The notes beneath the pieces were generated by a model. That model was given only the letters and a program-made list of their open reading frames with translations. It made no database searches and was not told the origin of the DNA. A program made the position numbers and the translations under genes. DNA of 64,000 nt, from assembly GCA_902619855.1 (NCBI GenBank), contig CACNGE010000004.1, forward strand, positions 4,032-68,031. The letters are read 5' to 3'. Position 1 is the stretch's first letter, and every line of letters starts with the position of its first letter. This stretch comes from an uncultured Bacteroidota bacterium. GTDB lineage: Bacteria > Bacteroidota > Bacteroidia > Flavobacteriales > Flavobacteriaceae. Shown in pieces: positions 12,896 to 22,576 of this stretch.

Positions 12896-13843
12896 GTGAA
12901 TTTGTCGAAAGAAATCAAAACTGCCATTTTTGCCATCGCTGGCTTTGCTTTGTTTTTTGTTGGTTTTAATTACCTAAAATCAAATGATGTGTTTGTGCGT
13001 GACAATATCTTTTATGCTGTCTATGACAACGCTGAGGGTCTTGTGCCAGGAACTCCTGTAACCATTCAAGGATTTCAAGTCGGAACAATTGATGAAGTCT
13101 CTTTGCTCTCTGACAATGAGCGAATTGTTGTTCGTTTTCGTGTTGAAAAAAAGTATGAATTTTCAAAAAACAGTACTGCAAAAATCTATGAAGCTGGTTT
13201 GCTTGGCGGAAAATCATTGGCTGTTGATCCAAGTTTTGATGGCGCTGATCGTGTAAAATCAGGAGACACTTTACAAGGGCTAATTGCCCCCGGTCTCTCT
13301 GAACTGGTGAATGATAAATTAACCCCATTACAAGAAAAAATTGAGAGTATGATCACACATGCTGACTCTGTTTTGATTGCTTTAAACACTGTGTTGAGTA
13401 CTGACACACAGTTACAGTTACAATCTTTTATTGCAAACCTCAACACTTCAATTTCCAATTTTCTTTCAATTAGTGAAACTATCGATAACTCACTTTCAGA
13501 GGATGGCGAATTAAACCAAACAATTGACAATCTTGCTGAACTCACAGATGATTTGTCGATTGTATCTTCTACCCTTAAGGAGGCGAATCTAGGAGTTACT
13601 TTTGACGATTTAGGCTCTGCAGTGTCAAACTTATCTCAAATCCTCGATCGTATCGAAAGAGGAGAGGGGTCACTTGGGCAACTCGTCACCAGAGACGATT
13701 TGCACCAATCACTCGAGCAAACGAATAAGCAGATTCAACTGCTACTTGAAGACATACGTCTCAACCCAAAAAGATATGTGCATTTTTCATTGTTTGGAAA
13801 AAAACAAGTCAAATACAAACCATCAGATTTACAAACCGAATAG
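12896..13843 (+). CDS. MlaD/MCE family protein
   Basis: 315 aa with a GTG start, an N-terminal TM segment, an MCE domain (PGTPVTIQGFQVGTIDEV) and a coiled C-terminal half. Confidence 0.8.
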   Translation: MNLSKEIKTAIFAIAGFALFFVGFNYLKSNDVFVRDNIFYAVYDNAEGLVPGTPVTIQGFQVGTIDEVSLLSDNERIVVRFRVEKKYEFSKNSTAKIYEAGLLGGKSLAVDPSFDGADRVKSGDTLQGLIAPGLSELVNDKLTPLQEKIESMITHADSVLIALNTVLSTDTQLQLQSFIANLNTSISNFLSISETIDNSLSEDGELNQTIDNLAELTDDLSIVSSTLKEANLGVTFDDLGSAVSNLSQILDRIERGEGSLGQLVTRDDLHQSLEQTNKQIQLLLEDIRLNPKRYVHFSLFGKKQVKYKPSDLQTE

Positions 13844-13855
13844 AAATCGAATATA

Positions 13856-15172
13856 GTGTACCTGAGTAGTATCATTTTCGCGATCGTTTTCTTTGTTTCT
13901 ATTGGCGTGTTCACTAGAAACGTTCGACGCATTATTCGCAACATCAAGCTTGGGCAAAAAACAAATCGATCTGATCAAAAATCGAAAAGATGGAAGCATA
14001 TGGCTCGCGTTGCTTTGGGCCAATCGAAGATGACAGTGCGACCAATTGCAGGGTTTTTACACATCATCGTTTATGTCGGTTTTATTGTGATAAATATCGA
14101 GCTGCTTGAAATTATTCTCGATGGATTTTTGGGAACCCATCGCATCTTTTCCCCCTATTTAGGAAGCACATACAATGTGTTAATCGCCACATTTGAGATT
14201 TTTGCTTTGTTGGTTGTTATTGCTGTTTCTGTTTTTTGGTTCAGGAGAAACATCATGCGAATACGACGTTTTTTAAAACCAGAAATGAAAGGTTGGCCAA
14301 AAAGGGATGCAGATTATATCCTTTACATCGAACTTGTTTTGATGTTTTTATTTTTAACGATGAACGCCTCTGACTATTGGTTGCAACAACACCCTGAGGG
14401 TCAATCTTATTATACACAAGCAGGCCATTTTCCCATTAGTGGTTTACTCACACCTCTTTTTGATGGGATGTCATATGCCACTGTAGTGACAATCGAGCGT
14501 ACGAGTTGGTGGCTTCACATAATAGGAATTTTGGCATTTTTAAATTATCTGTATTACTCCAAACACCTGCATATTATTCTTGCATTTCCCAATACATTTT
14601 ATGCCAATCTCAATCCTCTAGGTCGATTTTCACATTCAGAGGCAGTTGCCAACGAGGTAAAGTTGATGATGGATCCAGGTACTGATGCCTATGCTTCACC
14701 AGCAGTTGAGGGTGAGCCAATCAGTTTTGGTGCTGCAGATGTGAAAGATTTGAATCGCATACAGCTGATGAATGCCTACAGTTGTACAGAATGTGGTAGA
14801 TGCACAGATGTTTGTCCAGCCAATCAAACTGGAAAAAAATTGTCTCCACGTAAAATTATGATGGACACACGTGATAGATTAGAACAAGTGGGCAAACAAC
14901 TTGATCAAGGCCTAGAAGTTGATGATAAGACTTTACTTGATCATCATATATCACGAGAAGAATTATGGGCCTGTACAACCTGTAACGCTTGCGTTGAGGC
15001 TTGTCCCATCTCAATAGATCCATTGTCAATTATAATGGACATGCGACAATATTTAGTGATGGAACAGTCATCGGCTCCTTCTGAGTTGAATGCAATGATG
15101 ACAAACATTGAAAACAACGGCGCACCTTGGCCGTTTAATCAACAAGATCGTATTAACTGGATTAATGAATAA
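13856..15172 (+). CDS. (Fe-S)-binding membrane protein, HdrD/GlpC-like N-terminal module (polytopic membrane domain plus 2x[4Fe-4S])
   Basis: 438 aa with several TM helices, then CTECGRCTDVCP and CTTCNACVEACP ferredoxin-type motifs. Confidence 0.8.
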   Translation: MYLSSIIFAIVFFVSIGVFTRNVRRIIRNIKLGQKTNRSDQKSKRWKHMARVALGQSKMTVRPIAGFLHIIVYVGFIVINIELLEIILDGFLGTHRIFSPYLGSTYNVLIATFEIFALLVVIAVSVFWFRRNIMRIRRFLKPEMKGWPKRDADYILYIELVLMFLFLTMNASDYWLQQHPEGQSYYTQAGHFPISGLLTPLFDGMSYATVVTIERTSWWLHIIGILAFLNYLYYSKHLHIILAFPNTFYANLNPLGRFSHSEAVANEVKLMMDPGTDAYASPAVEGEPISFGAADVKDLNRIQLMNAYSCTECGRCTDVCPANQTGKKLSPRKIMMDTRDRLEQVGKQLDQGLEVDDKTLLDHHISREELWACTTCNACVEACPISIDPLSIIMDMRQYLVMEQSSAPSELNAMMTNIENNGAPWPFNQQDRINWINE

Positions 15173-15181
15173 AAATTTAAC

Positions 15182-15628
15182 ATGGAAAAAAAAGACGTAG
15201 ATAAGCTACTAAATAAAAAACTAGAAGAAGGAGAACACGTAAGTCCTGTGTTGCCAGAGGGGATTAAAAACTACCTTATTGATATCGATGGGACGATTTG
15301 CGATGACATTCCAAATGAAGAGCCAGAAAGAATGGCAACAGCTACGCTCTATCCAGATGCATTGGAAACCCTAAATCGCTGGTATGATGAAGGTCATGTC
15401 ATATGTTTTTTCACTTCTCGAACAGAAGATCACCGTGCAGTTACAGAGGAGTGGTTGAATCGTAATGGTTTTAAATATCATAGTTTATTGATGGGAAAAC
15501 CTAGAGGTGGGAATTATCACTGGATCGACAATCACCTGGTGAAGGCTACACGATATAATGGTAAATTTACTGATCTCATAGACAAAGAGGTTACGATTCA
15601 AGTTTTTGATGATGGACAATACGACTAA
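15182..15628 (+). CDS. Small HAD-superfamily phosphatase-like protein
   Basis: 148 aa with HAD motif I (LIDIDGTICDD), motif II-like FFTSRTE and motif III-like GKPRGGNYHWIDN. Confidence 0.6.
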   Translation: MEKKDVDKLLNKKLEEGEHVSPVLPEGIKNYLIDIDGTICDDIPNEEPERMATATLYPDALETLNRWYDEGHVICFFTSRTEDHRAVTEEWLNRNGFKYHSLLMGKPRGGNYHWIDNHLVKATRYNGKFTDLIDKEVTIQVFDDGQYD

Positions 15629-16409
15629 AACTGTGCAAACTATGGCCGAAATGACCCAAAAAGGCGAGACGCCTGAGGTTTTGTTTTGGGTTGGTTGTGC
15701 AGGGAGCTTTGATGATCGATCGAAAAAGATCACAAAAGCTTTTGCCGAATTGTTGCAAGAAGCCAAGGTCTCATTTGCAGTTTTGGGACCTGAAGAAAGC
15801 TGTACTGGAGACCCTGCCAAGCGTTCTGGTAATGAGTTTTTGTTTCAAATGCAAGCATCTACCAATATAGAAGTGCTCAATGGGTATGAAGTAAAAAAAA
15901 TCGTTACTGCTTGCCCCCACTGTTTTAATACTTTAAAAAATGAATACCCACAATTGGGTGGACATTATGAAGTCTTACATCACACACAGTTTCTTCATCA
16001 GTTGATCGAGGAAGGGCGTTTGAAAGTTGATGCCAAAACCACTTACAAGGGCAAAAAAATTACTTTTCATGACCCATGTTATTTGGGAAGAGCCAACAAA
16101 GAGTATGAAGCACCACGAGCGCTCATTGAAAAGCTCAGTGCAGAGTTGGTCGAAATGAAGAGTTGTAAAGAAAAAGGACTGTGTTGTGGGGCAGGTGGTG
16201 CGCAAATGTTTAAAGATTCCGAAAAGGGCGATAAAGAGGTCAATATCGAACGTACCGAGCAGGCCTTAGACACAAAACCAGAAATCATTGCAGCAGGCTG
16301 TCCCTTTTGCAATACGATGCTTCACGATGGTGTGAAGAACAAAGGAAAAGAAGGGAAAGTTGCAGTGTTGGATGTCGCTCAGTTGTTGGCGCAAACCGAA
16401 TCGCTCTAA
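15606..16409 (+). CDS. (Fe-S)-binding protein with two cysteine-rich CCG domains (HdrD/GlpC-like C-terminal module)
   Basis: Motifs FWVGCAGSF, ACPHCFNTL, HDPCYLGR, GLCCGAGG and CPFCNTML. The real start may be ATG 15609/15612, or ATG 15642, which lies 13 nt after the HAD gene stop. Confidence 0.8.
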   Translation: MMMDNTTKTVQTMAEMTQKGETPEVLFWVGCAGSFDDRSKKITKAFAELLQEAKVSFAVLGPEESCTGDPAKRSGNEFLFQMQASTNIEVLNGYEVKKIVTACPHCFNTLKNEYPQLGGHYEVLHHTQFLHQLIEEGRLKVDAKTTYKGKKITFHDPCYLGRANKEYEAPRALIEKLSAELVEMKSCKEKGLCCGAGGAQMFKDSEKGDKEVNIERTEQALDTKPEIIAAGCPFCNTMLHDGVKNKGKEGKVAVLDVAQLLAQTESL

Positions 16410-16411
16410 TT

Positions 16412-16894
16412 ATGGTCGTTCCCTTTTCTCAGCTTCCCGATCACTCTCGCATTTGGATATATCCCTCAAGCCGCAGGTTTACTGATTCGGAAATGGTGCA
16501 ACTACAGTCTGACATTGAAGAATTTTTGACCGATTGGACCGCCCATGGTGCATCCCTCTCAGCTGGATATTGTATCCCTCACCAACAATTTATTGTCTTT
16601 TCTCTTGATGAAGCCAATCAACAGGCAACTGGATGTTCGATTGACAAATCGATTCATTTTATTCAAGCACTCGAACAATCATTATCAGTGCATTTACTCG
16701 ATAAAATGAATGTGCATTACATTCAAGATGGAACAATACAGGTTGTTGATCTTAAGGCATTTAAAAAAATGAGTAAGTCTGGTCAAGTACTTCCTAGCAC
16801 TACAGTTTTTAATCATCTTGTGACCACCAAGGCTGAGTTTGAGGACCACTGGGAAACGAGTGCTGATCAGAGCTGGCACTCTCGTTATTTTTAG
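16412..16894 (+). CDS. Conserved hypothetical protein
   Basis: I chose the internal ATG at 16412, 2 nt after the upstream stop. This gives a 160-aa product (MVVPFSQLPDHSRIWIYPSSRRF...). No motif recognised. Confidence 0.5.
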   Translation: MVVPFSQLPDHSRIWIYPSSRRFTDSEMVQLQSDIEEFLTDWTAHGASLSAGYCIPHQQFIVFSLDEANQQATGCSIDKSIHFIQALEQSLSVHLLDKMNVHYIQDGTIQVVDLKAFKKMSKSGQVLPSTTVFNHLVTTKAEFEDHWETSADQSWHSRYF

Positions 16895-16897
16895 CTT

Positions 16898-19780
16898 TTG
16901 TACTTTTATCATATGATTTGTTACAATCAAATATTACTCACGATTTTAATGACGAACCTACTTTTCGCACAACCAAAACAGAACTGGGTTGACAGCACTT
17001 ATCAGTCGTTGACTTTGGAACAAAAAATAGGGCAATTGTTTATGCCGATGGTTTTCTCACAAGGGGATCAAAATCATTATCAAAAAGCCATTTCTGCTAT
17101 AGAAAAGTATCATCTCGGCGGAATCATTTTTTCAAAGGGAACAATAGCAGAGCAAGTGCGTTTGACAAACGAATTCCAAAATATAAGTTCAGTTCCACTA
17201 CTGATTGCAATGGACGCAGAGTGGGGGATGGCGATGCGCATCAGTGATGTATCTCCCTTTCCTTTCCAAATGACCTTGGGAGCCATTCAAAAGGATAGTC
17301 TTCTCTATCAGCTTGGTCAGTCGATGGCCAATCGTCAAAGGCGTGTAGGGGTTCATCTCAATTTTGCACCTGTGGTTGATGTGAATACCAACGCCAAAAA
17401 CCCTGTGATTGGGTTGCGTTCATTTGGTTCAGACCCTAAATTGGTTAGCCAAAAAGGGGGCATGCTTGTTCGAGGGATGCAAGATGGGGGGCTTATGACA
17501 AGTATCAAACACTTTCCTGGCCATGGCAACACCTCAACAGATTCGCATCATACCCTGCCTTTGGTAAATCATGATATAAACCATCTAAACAGAATCGAGT
17601 TATACCCCTTCAAAACACTTATCGGTGAAGGTGTTTTTTCTGTGATGGTAGGCCATTTGGAGGTGCCTACGCTAGAACAAACCAAAGGATTGCCTTCATC
17701 TTTATCCTCTTCAATCATACATGATTTATTGGTAAAGGAATTAGGGTTTGATGGTTTAGTCGTCACTGATGCTTTAAATATGAAAGGTGTTTCAGATTAC
17801 AGTGGAAACCAATCATCATCACTTGGGTCGTTTTTGGCAGGAGCAGATTTGCTTTTAATTCCAGACGATTTGCCAATTGCTTTTGAGGATATTCGCAATG
17901 CTTTTGTGTCGGGGGCAATTACTAATGATCGTTTGGCACATTCAGTCAAAAAAATTCTCGATGCAAAGTTTGATGCAAAACTGCATGAATCAAAATTGGT
18001 CCTTGGCGATTCTTTACATCAAGATATTGAGTCTTCTGATGCAGCCAAACTCAACCACCAACTGGCAGAGGCATCTCTAACAGTGATCCAAAACAAAAAT
18101 CAAATACTTCCCATACAGCAGTTAGAAAATACAAACATTGCTTATGTGAAAATAGGCGCGGCCACAGGTGATTATTTTCTTGACAGAATGAGACATTATA
18201 CTTCAATCGATGAGTTGAGTCTAACTGAAATACTGGCGAATCACAAAGATTATACACATATAATCGTTGGCTTGCACCAACCAGACCATTCGCCTTTTGT
18301 CAAACACAATCTGAGTCAAGAAGTGATTGAAAAGCTTAAAGAACTGTGTGCGAAAACAAAGGTGAATTTGGTGACTTTTGCCAATCCATATAGTCTATTA
18401 AAACTCCCATTAGATGTTTGTGAATCTGTTGTGCTTGCGTATCAAAATGGTTCAATATTTCAGTCTAAAGCTGCTCAGTTGGTTTTTGGGGGACTAGGAG
18501 CAAATGGAAAGCTTCCAGTCTCGATTGGGTCCTATGCTCAGGGTAGTGGCTTGGATATCAAGCCATTGGAGCGTCTTTCATATGGTCATCCTCGTCAGGT
18601 TGGGATGGATGATAAGGTGTTGCAAAACATTGATGAAATGGCAAATCAAGCCATCAATGATAGCATTGCCCCTGGCATGCAAATTTTGATTGCAAAATCA
18701 GGAAAGGTGATCTATCACAAGTCGTTTGGTTATATGCGATATGCAAAACTAACACCCATACAGTGGTTTCATCGATATGATTTGGCATCATTGACAAAAA
18801 TTTTGGCATCTGTTCCTTTGGCAATGAGGGAGCACGAAAGGGATTCTTTGTTTTTGACAACGCCAATATCAAGCTTGTTGGAGGGATATAAAGAATCAAA
18901 CAAAGCAGAAATGAATTTCCAAGCCTTGTTTTCTCATCATGCAGGAATTCAGCCCTGGCTGCCTTTTTATCATAATACATTACGTGACAACTCAGATATT
19001 CCAAGCAAGAAACTTTATCGTAAAAAACAAAAAAAGAGACATAAATTACAAGTGACAGATGATTTGTATCTGCGCACTAAATACCTAGAAGAAATGAAAG
19101 AAGAGATTGTTGATAGTCCTTTATTAGACTCAATTTATTACAAATACAGCGATTTGCCTTTTTATATGTTTAAAGAATATATCGAGGATCGTTATGGTCA
19201 GAGAATGGATATGCTCGTCGATAAAGAATACTATCAACTAATTGGAGCATCATCTTTAGGCTATCTGCCATTAAACGAAGTTAATGTTGATCAGATCGTA
19301 CCATCTGAGATCGATGATTATTATCGACATACTGAAATTCAAGGTTATGTGCATGACATGGGAGCGGCAATGCAAAATGGTGTTGGTGGTCATGCTGGGT
19401 TGTTTAGCAATGCCAATGATGTTGCCAAGGTAATGCAAATGTTTATACAGGGCGGTTCATATGGTGGACAACAATTTTTCTTGCCCTCTACAATCAGCTA
19501 TTTTAACAATAGATACTATAAAAGTGAGAACAATAGAAGAGGTATAGGATTTGACAAACAACAGTTTGAAGACCCAGGTCCAACCTGTTTATGTACCTCT
19601 GATGAGAGTTTTGGTCACTCTGGTTTTACAGGGACATTTGCTTGGGCAGATCCAGACCATGACTTGGTTTATGTATTTTTATCAAATCGAACTTATCCTA
19701 CCATGAATAACACAAAATTGATCAACACAAACTTGCGCTCAGAAATACAGCGTGTCATCTACAATGCAATTATTCAATAG
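16898..19780 (+). CDS. Fusion protein: glycoside hydrolase family 3 (NagZ-like beta-N-acetylhexosaminidase) N-domain plus serine-hydrolase/beta-lactamase-family C-domain
   Basis: 960 aa. The GH3 part has GGIIF, AMDAEWG, KHFPGHG and VVTDAL motifs. The C-terminal part has DLASLTK (an SxxK serine-hydrolase motif) and HSGFTGT. TTG start at 16898; ATG alternatives at 16913 and 16949. Confidence 0.8.
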   Translation: MYFYHMICYNQILLTILMTNLLFAQPKQNWVDSTYQSLTLEQKIGQLFMPMVFSQGDQNHYQKAISAIEKYHLGGIIFSKGTIAEQVRLTNEFQNISSVPLLIAMDAEWGMAMRISDVSPFPFQMTLGAIQKDSLLYQLGQSMANRQRRVGVHLNFAPVVDVNTNAKNPVIGLRSFGSDPKLVSQKGGMLVRGMQDGGLMTSIKHFPGHGNTSTDSHHTLPLVNHDINHLNRIELYPFKTLIGEGVFSVMVGHLEVPTLEQTKGLPSSLSSSIIHDLLVKELGFDGLVVTDALNMKGVSDYSGNQSSSLGSFLAGADLLLIPDDLPIAFEDIRNAFVSGAITNDRLAHSVKKILDAKFDAKLHESKLVLGDSLHQDIESSDAAKLNHQLAEASLTVIQNKNQILPIQQLENTNIAYVKIGAATGDYFLDRMRHYTSIDELSLTEILANHKDYTHIIVGLHQPDHSPFVKHNLSQEVIEKLKELCAKTKVNLVTFANPYSLLKLPLDVCESVVLAYQNGSIFQSKAAQLVFGGLGANGKLPVSIGSYAQGSGLDIKPLERLSYGHPRQVGMDDKVLQNIDEMANQAINDSIAPGMQILIAKSGKVIYHKSFGYMRYAKLTPIQWFHRYDLASLTKILASVPLAMREHERDSLFLTTPISSLLEGYKESNKAEMNFQALFSHHAGIQPWLPFYHNTLRDNSDIPSKKLYRKKQKKRHKLQVTDDLYLRTKYLEEMKEEIVDSPLLDSIYYKYSDLPFYMFKEYIEDRYGQRMDMLVDKEYYQLIGASSLGYLPLNEVNVDQIVPSEIDDYYRHTEIQGYVHDMGAAMQNGVGGHAGLFSNANDVAKVMQMFIQGGSYGGQQFFLPSTISYFNNRYYKSENNRRGIGFDKQQFEDPGPTCLCTSDESFGHSGFTGTFAWADPDHDLVYVFLSNRTYPTMNNTKLINTNLRSEIQRVIYNAIIQ

Positions 19781-19782
19781 CT

Positions 19783-20904
19783 ATGCGAATCGGAATTATA
19801 TGTTACCCAACATTTGGTGGTAGTGGAGTTGTTGCTACTGAACTCGGAATTGAGTTGTCCAAAAGAGGGCACCACATTCATTTTATGGCATATAAAAAGC
19901 CTGTTCGTTTAGACACAGATTTGGAGCGAATACACTTTCATGAAGTTCATGTGCCAAATTACCCCCTGTTTCACTACCAACCCTACGAATTAGCCTTATC
20001 CAGTGCTCTTGTTGATATGGTTAGGCTTCATAAAATAGAGCTTCTACATGCGCACTACGCAATACCTCATGCATATGCAGCCTTTATGGCAAAACAGATG
20101 CTTTCAGAATTGCAAATCAAAATTCCAATAGTCACAACACTTCATGGGTCTGACATCACACTGGTTGGAAGTCACCCATTTTATAAGCCTGCTGTAACAT
20201 TCAGTATCAACAACTCTGATGTTGTCACAAGCGTTTCCAAAAGTTTGAAGCATGATACCAAGGATATCTTTACTATTAAAAAGGAAATTGATGTGATTCC
20301 CAATTTTATTGATATCCAAAAATATGAGCGTTTGCGAAATACATGCTCGAGAGAACAACTTCTAAATCCAGATGAGCGATTGATTACACATGTCAGTAAT
20401 TTTAGACCAGTTAAGCGTGTGCAAGATGTCCTATCTGTTTTTGCGAAAGTGAATAAAAAGGTCAAATCACGCTTGATTTTAGTCGGAGATGGCCCTGAAA
20501 GGCAATCGGCAGAAGAATATACCAAAGAACTTGGATTGACTGATGCTGTCGATTTTGTGGGTAAGTCCAATGATGTATATAGAATCCTTTGCTCGTCCGA
20601 CTTGTTCCTTCTCCCATCTCAAAAAGAAAGCTTTGGGCTTGCAGCATTGGAGGCAATGGCTGCACGAACTCCTGTGATTGCTACAAATGAAGGAGGTATT
20701 CCTGAGGTTGTGGAAAATAACATTTCGGGATTTTTAACTGCTCATAGAGACGTAGATACAATGGCAGATTATGCAATAGAATTATTGAGCGACGACAATA
20801 AGTTAACCCAATTCAAAGATGCTGCTTTTGAAAGAGCTAAGGTATTTGATATTCAAAAAATCATTCCTTCATATATCGACATTTATCAAAAAGCGCTTCA
20901 ATAG
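19783..20904 (+). CDS. bshA: N-acetyl-alpha-D-glucosaminyl L-malate synthase BshA (GT4 glycosyltransferase)
   Basis: 373 aa with N-terminus MRIGIICYPTFGGSGVVATELG and the GT4 E(x7)E region SFGLAALEAMAARTPVIATNEGGIPEVV. Confidence 0.8.
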   Translation: MRIGIICYPTFGGSGVVATELGIELSKRGHHIHFMAYKKPVRLDTDLERIHFHEVHVPNYPLFHYQPYELALSSALVDMVRLHKIELLHAHYAIPHAYAAFMAKQMLSELQIKIPIVTTLHGSDITLVGSHPFYKPAVTFSINNSDVVTSVSKSLKHDTKDIFTIKKEIDVIPNFIDIQKYERLRNTCSREQLLNPDERLITHVSNFRPVKRVQDVLSVFAKVNKKVKSRLILVGDGPERQSAEEYTKELGLTDAVDFVGKSNDVYRILCSSDLFLLPSQKESFGLAALEAMAARTPVIATNEGGIPEVVENNISGFLTAHRDVDTMADYAIELLSDDNKLTQFKDAAFERAKVFDIQKIIPSYIDIYQKALQ

Positions 20905-21043
20905 GACTACAAATTCTTCTTGATTTGATCGCTTAACAATATCCCCACCAACGTGCCTACTTTACCTAGACCAAAGACCGCAATTTTGTTCATTTTATTA
21001 CAATTACTGGTAAAAAGTTATAAAAATACAAATTAGGAAAATA

Positions 21044-22573
21044 CTATTGTTTATAAAATTTTAAGACCTCGTTGCCACTTTGATGACGAATGTTAACCAG
21101 ATAATAGCCTTTATGTAAATTATCGGTCGAAATAGGGTACACTTTTGATGGGCTTACAGTCGCATTTCCTACATCGTATCGCCTACCATTCAGATCATAA
21201 ATTTGATAGTAAAAACTGGAAACCTTTTTGGGAACGCCAATTTTGAAAACATCAATTACAGGGTTTGGGAATAAAATCCATCGGTCTGCATCATTGTCTG
21301 ATCGAAGGAGTTCAAATTTGTCAAACTGTCGCCTAAGTACGGACTCTGATTTGCCATCATTCGTGTTTAGCCATTGATCAATCACTGTAGCATATATCGA
21401 TCGATAATCAAATTCTGATTCGAGGTTGTCTTCCCATCGCACTCCTTTTGGGATCACAGGGTTTTCACCCAGGATTTCTGTATTGACTCTGTTGCCAAAG
21501 ATAAATAGAGGTGCAGCTGTACCATGATCTGTTCCTCTCGAGCCATTGGAGACAATTGTTCGTCCAAATTCAGAGAACGTCATACACAATACATCATCAC
21601 TTCTGCCAACTTCATCTAGGTTTTGAAAGAACTTTAACACATTATCATTGAGCTCCTTTAATAAGTATGCATGCTCACCTTTGGTGTGGTCCGATTGATC
21701 GACTTGGGTGTCATGTGTATCAAAACCACCCAGCGTGACCATATAAATTCGAGTGTTTAAACCACCCAAAATCAGACGAGTCATGATATCAAACTGCTCT
21801 CCAAAATCACTCTCCTCGTAGGCATGTGCAAGTGAAGACTTTTCATAAGCAGATTTGACTGTGCTCGCATATTCGTTGGACTGAAACTTGACAAGATCGA
21901 TGTATCTCAATTTTACACCCACATTATTATCAGGGTATACTGCATTTGAGTTGAAAAGAATATCCTCGTGAAAACCATCAGGGTTTGTTGTCAAATAACT
22001 TGTAAAAGACTGGTTCCCAGTAAAGAGTATCGACGAACCACCTCCACCCAATTCGATTGATAATGGATCTGGGTAATTCTGGTTTGGGTAGGCTGTTGGC
22101 CAGTTTGGATGTTCGGATTCGATAAAGCGACCAATCCATCCCGAGTTTAAAAATTCATCAGAATCTGATGCGCTTTGCCAAATATCCATCGACCGAAAAT
22201 GAGAAAAATCGGGTTGTTCGTAACCTACATTTTGTATGATTTTAAGACGTTGTTCGTCATAGAGACTTTTGAAACCTGACAGTTCGGGGTGTAGTCCCAA
22301 AGAAGCGTTTCCAATATCGATAATGGACTCGTCTGGCAGCATCACATGTGGTCTTGCTTGCTGAAGCTCACTGAGTTGATTGAGTGGAATAACAGTGTTG
22401 AGCCCATCATTTCCTCCATCCAATTTGATGAGGACCAATATCCGACCATGTTCGTTTGTGTTTGACAGAAAAGACCCTGATTGCTGCGCCAGTGCGTGAT
22501 GTAGTATGTTTGGCAACACGATTGGTGCTGCTGCTGCATGACTGAGTTTATGTAAAAATGACCTTCTCTTCAT
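21044..22573 (-). CDS. DUF1501 (sulfatase/alkaline-phosphatase-superfamily-like) protein with a twin-arginine signal and a T9SS C-terminal sorting domain
   Basis: 509 aa. The N-terminus MKRRSFLHKLSHAAAAPIV matches the Tat consensus RRxFL. LIKLDGGNDGLN and GTDHG are typical of DUF1501. The last ~80 aa (FPNPVIDVFKIG...YQIYDLNGRRY...LHKGYYLVNIRHQSGNEVLKFYKQ) look like a type A T9SS sorting domain. Confidence 0.75.
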   Translation of the reverse strand: MKRRSFLHKLSHAAAAPIVLPNILHHALAQQSGSFLSNTNEHGRILVLIKLDGGNDGLNTVIPLNQLSELQQARPHVMLPDESIIDIGNASLGLHPELSGFKSLYDEQRLKIIQNVGYEQPDFSHFRSMDIWQSASDSDEFLNSGWIGRFIESEHPNWPTAYPNQNYPDPLSIELGGGGSSILFTGNQSFTSYLTTNPDGFHEDILFNSNAVYPDNNVGVKLRYIDLVKFQSNEYASTVKSAYEKSSLAHAYEESDFGEQFDIMTRLILGGLNTRIYMVTLGGFDTHDTQVDQSDHTKGEHAYLLKELNDNVLKFFQNLDEVGRSDDVLCMTFSEFGRTIVSNGSRGTDHGTAAPLFIFGNRVNTEILGENPVIPKGVRWEDNLESEFDYRSIYATVIDQWLNTNDGKSESVLRRQFDKFELLRSDNDADRWILFPNPVIDVFKIGVPKKVSSFYYQIYDLNGRRYDVGNATVSPSKVYPISTDNLHKGYYLVNIRHQSGNEVLKFYKQ

Positions 22574-22576
22574 AAA

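Noticed and set aside
12966-13545. 120-aa and 119-aa minus-strand ORFs overlapping the MlaD gene.
   Set aside because: They are antisense to an ORF with a clear MCE domain, and I recognise no features in them.
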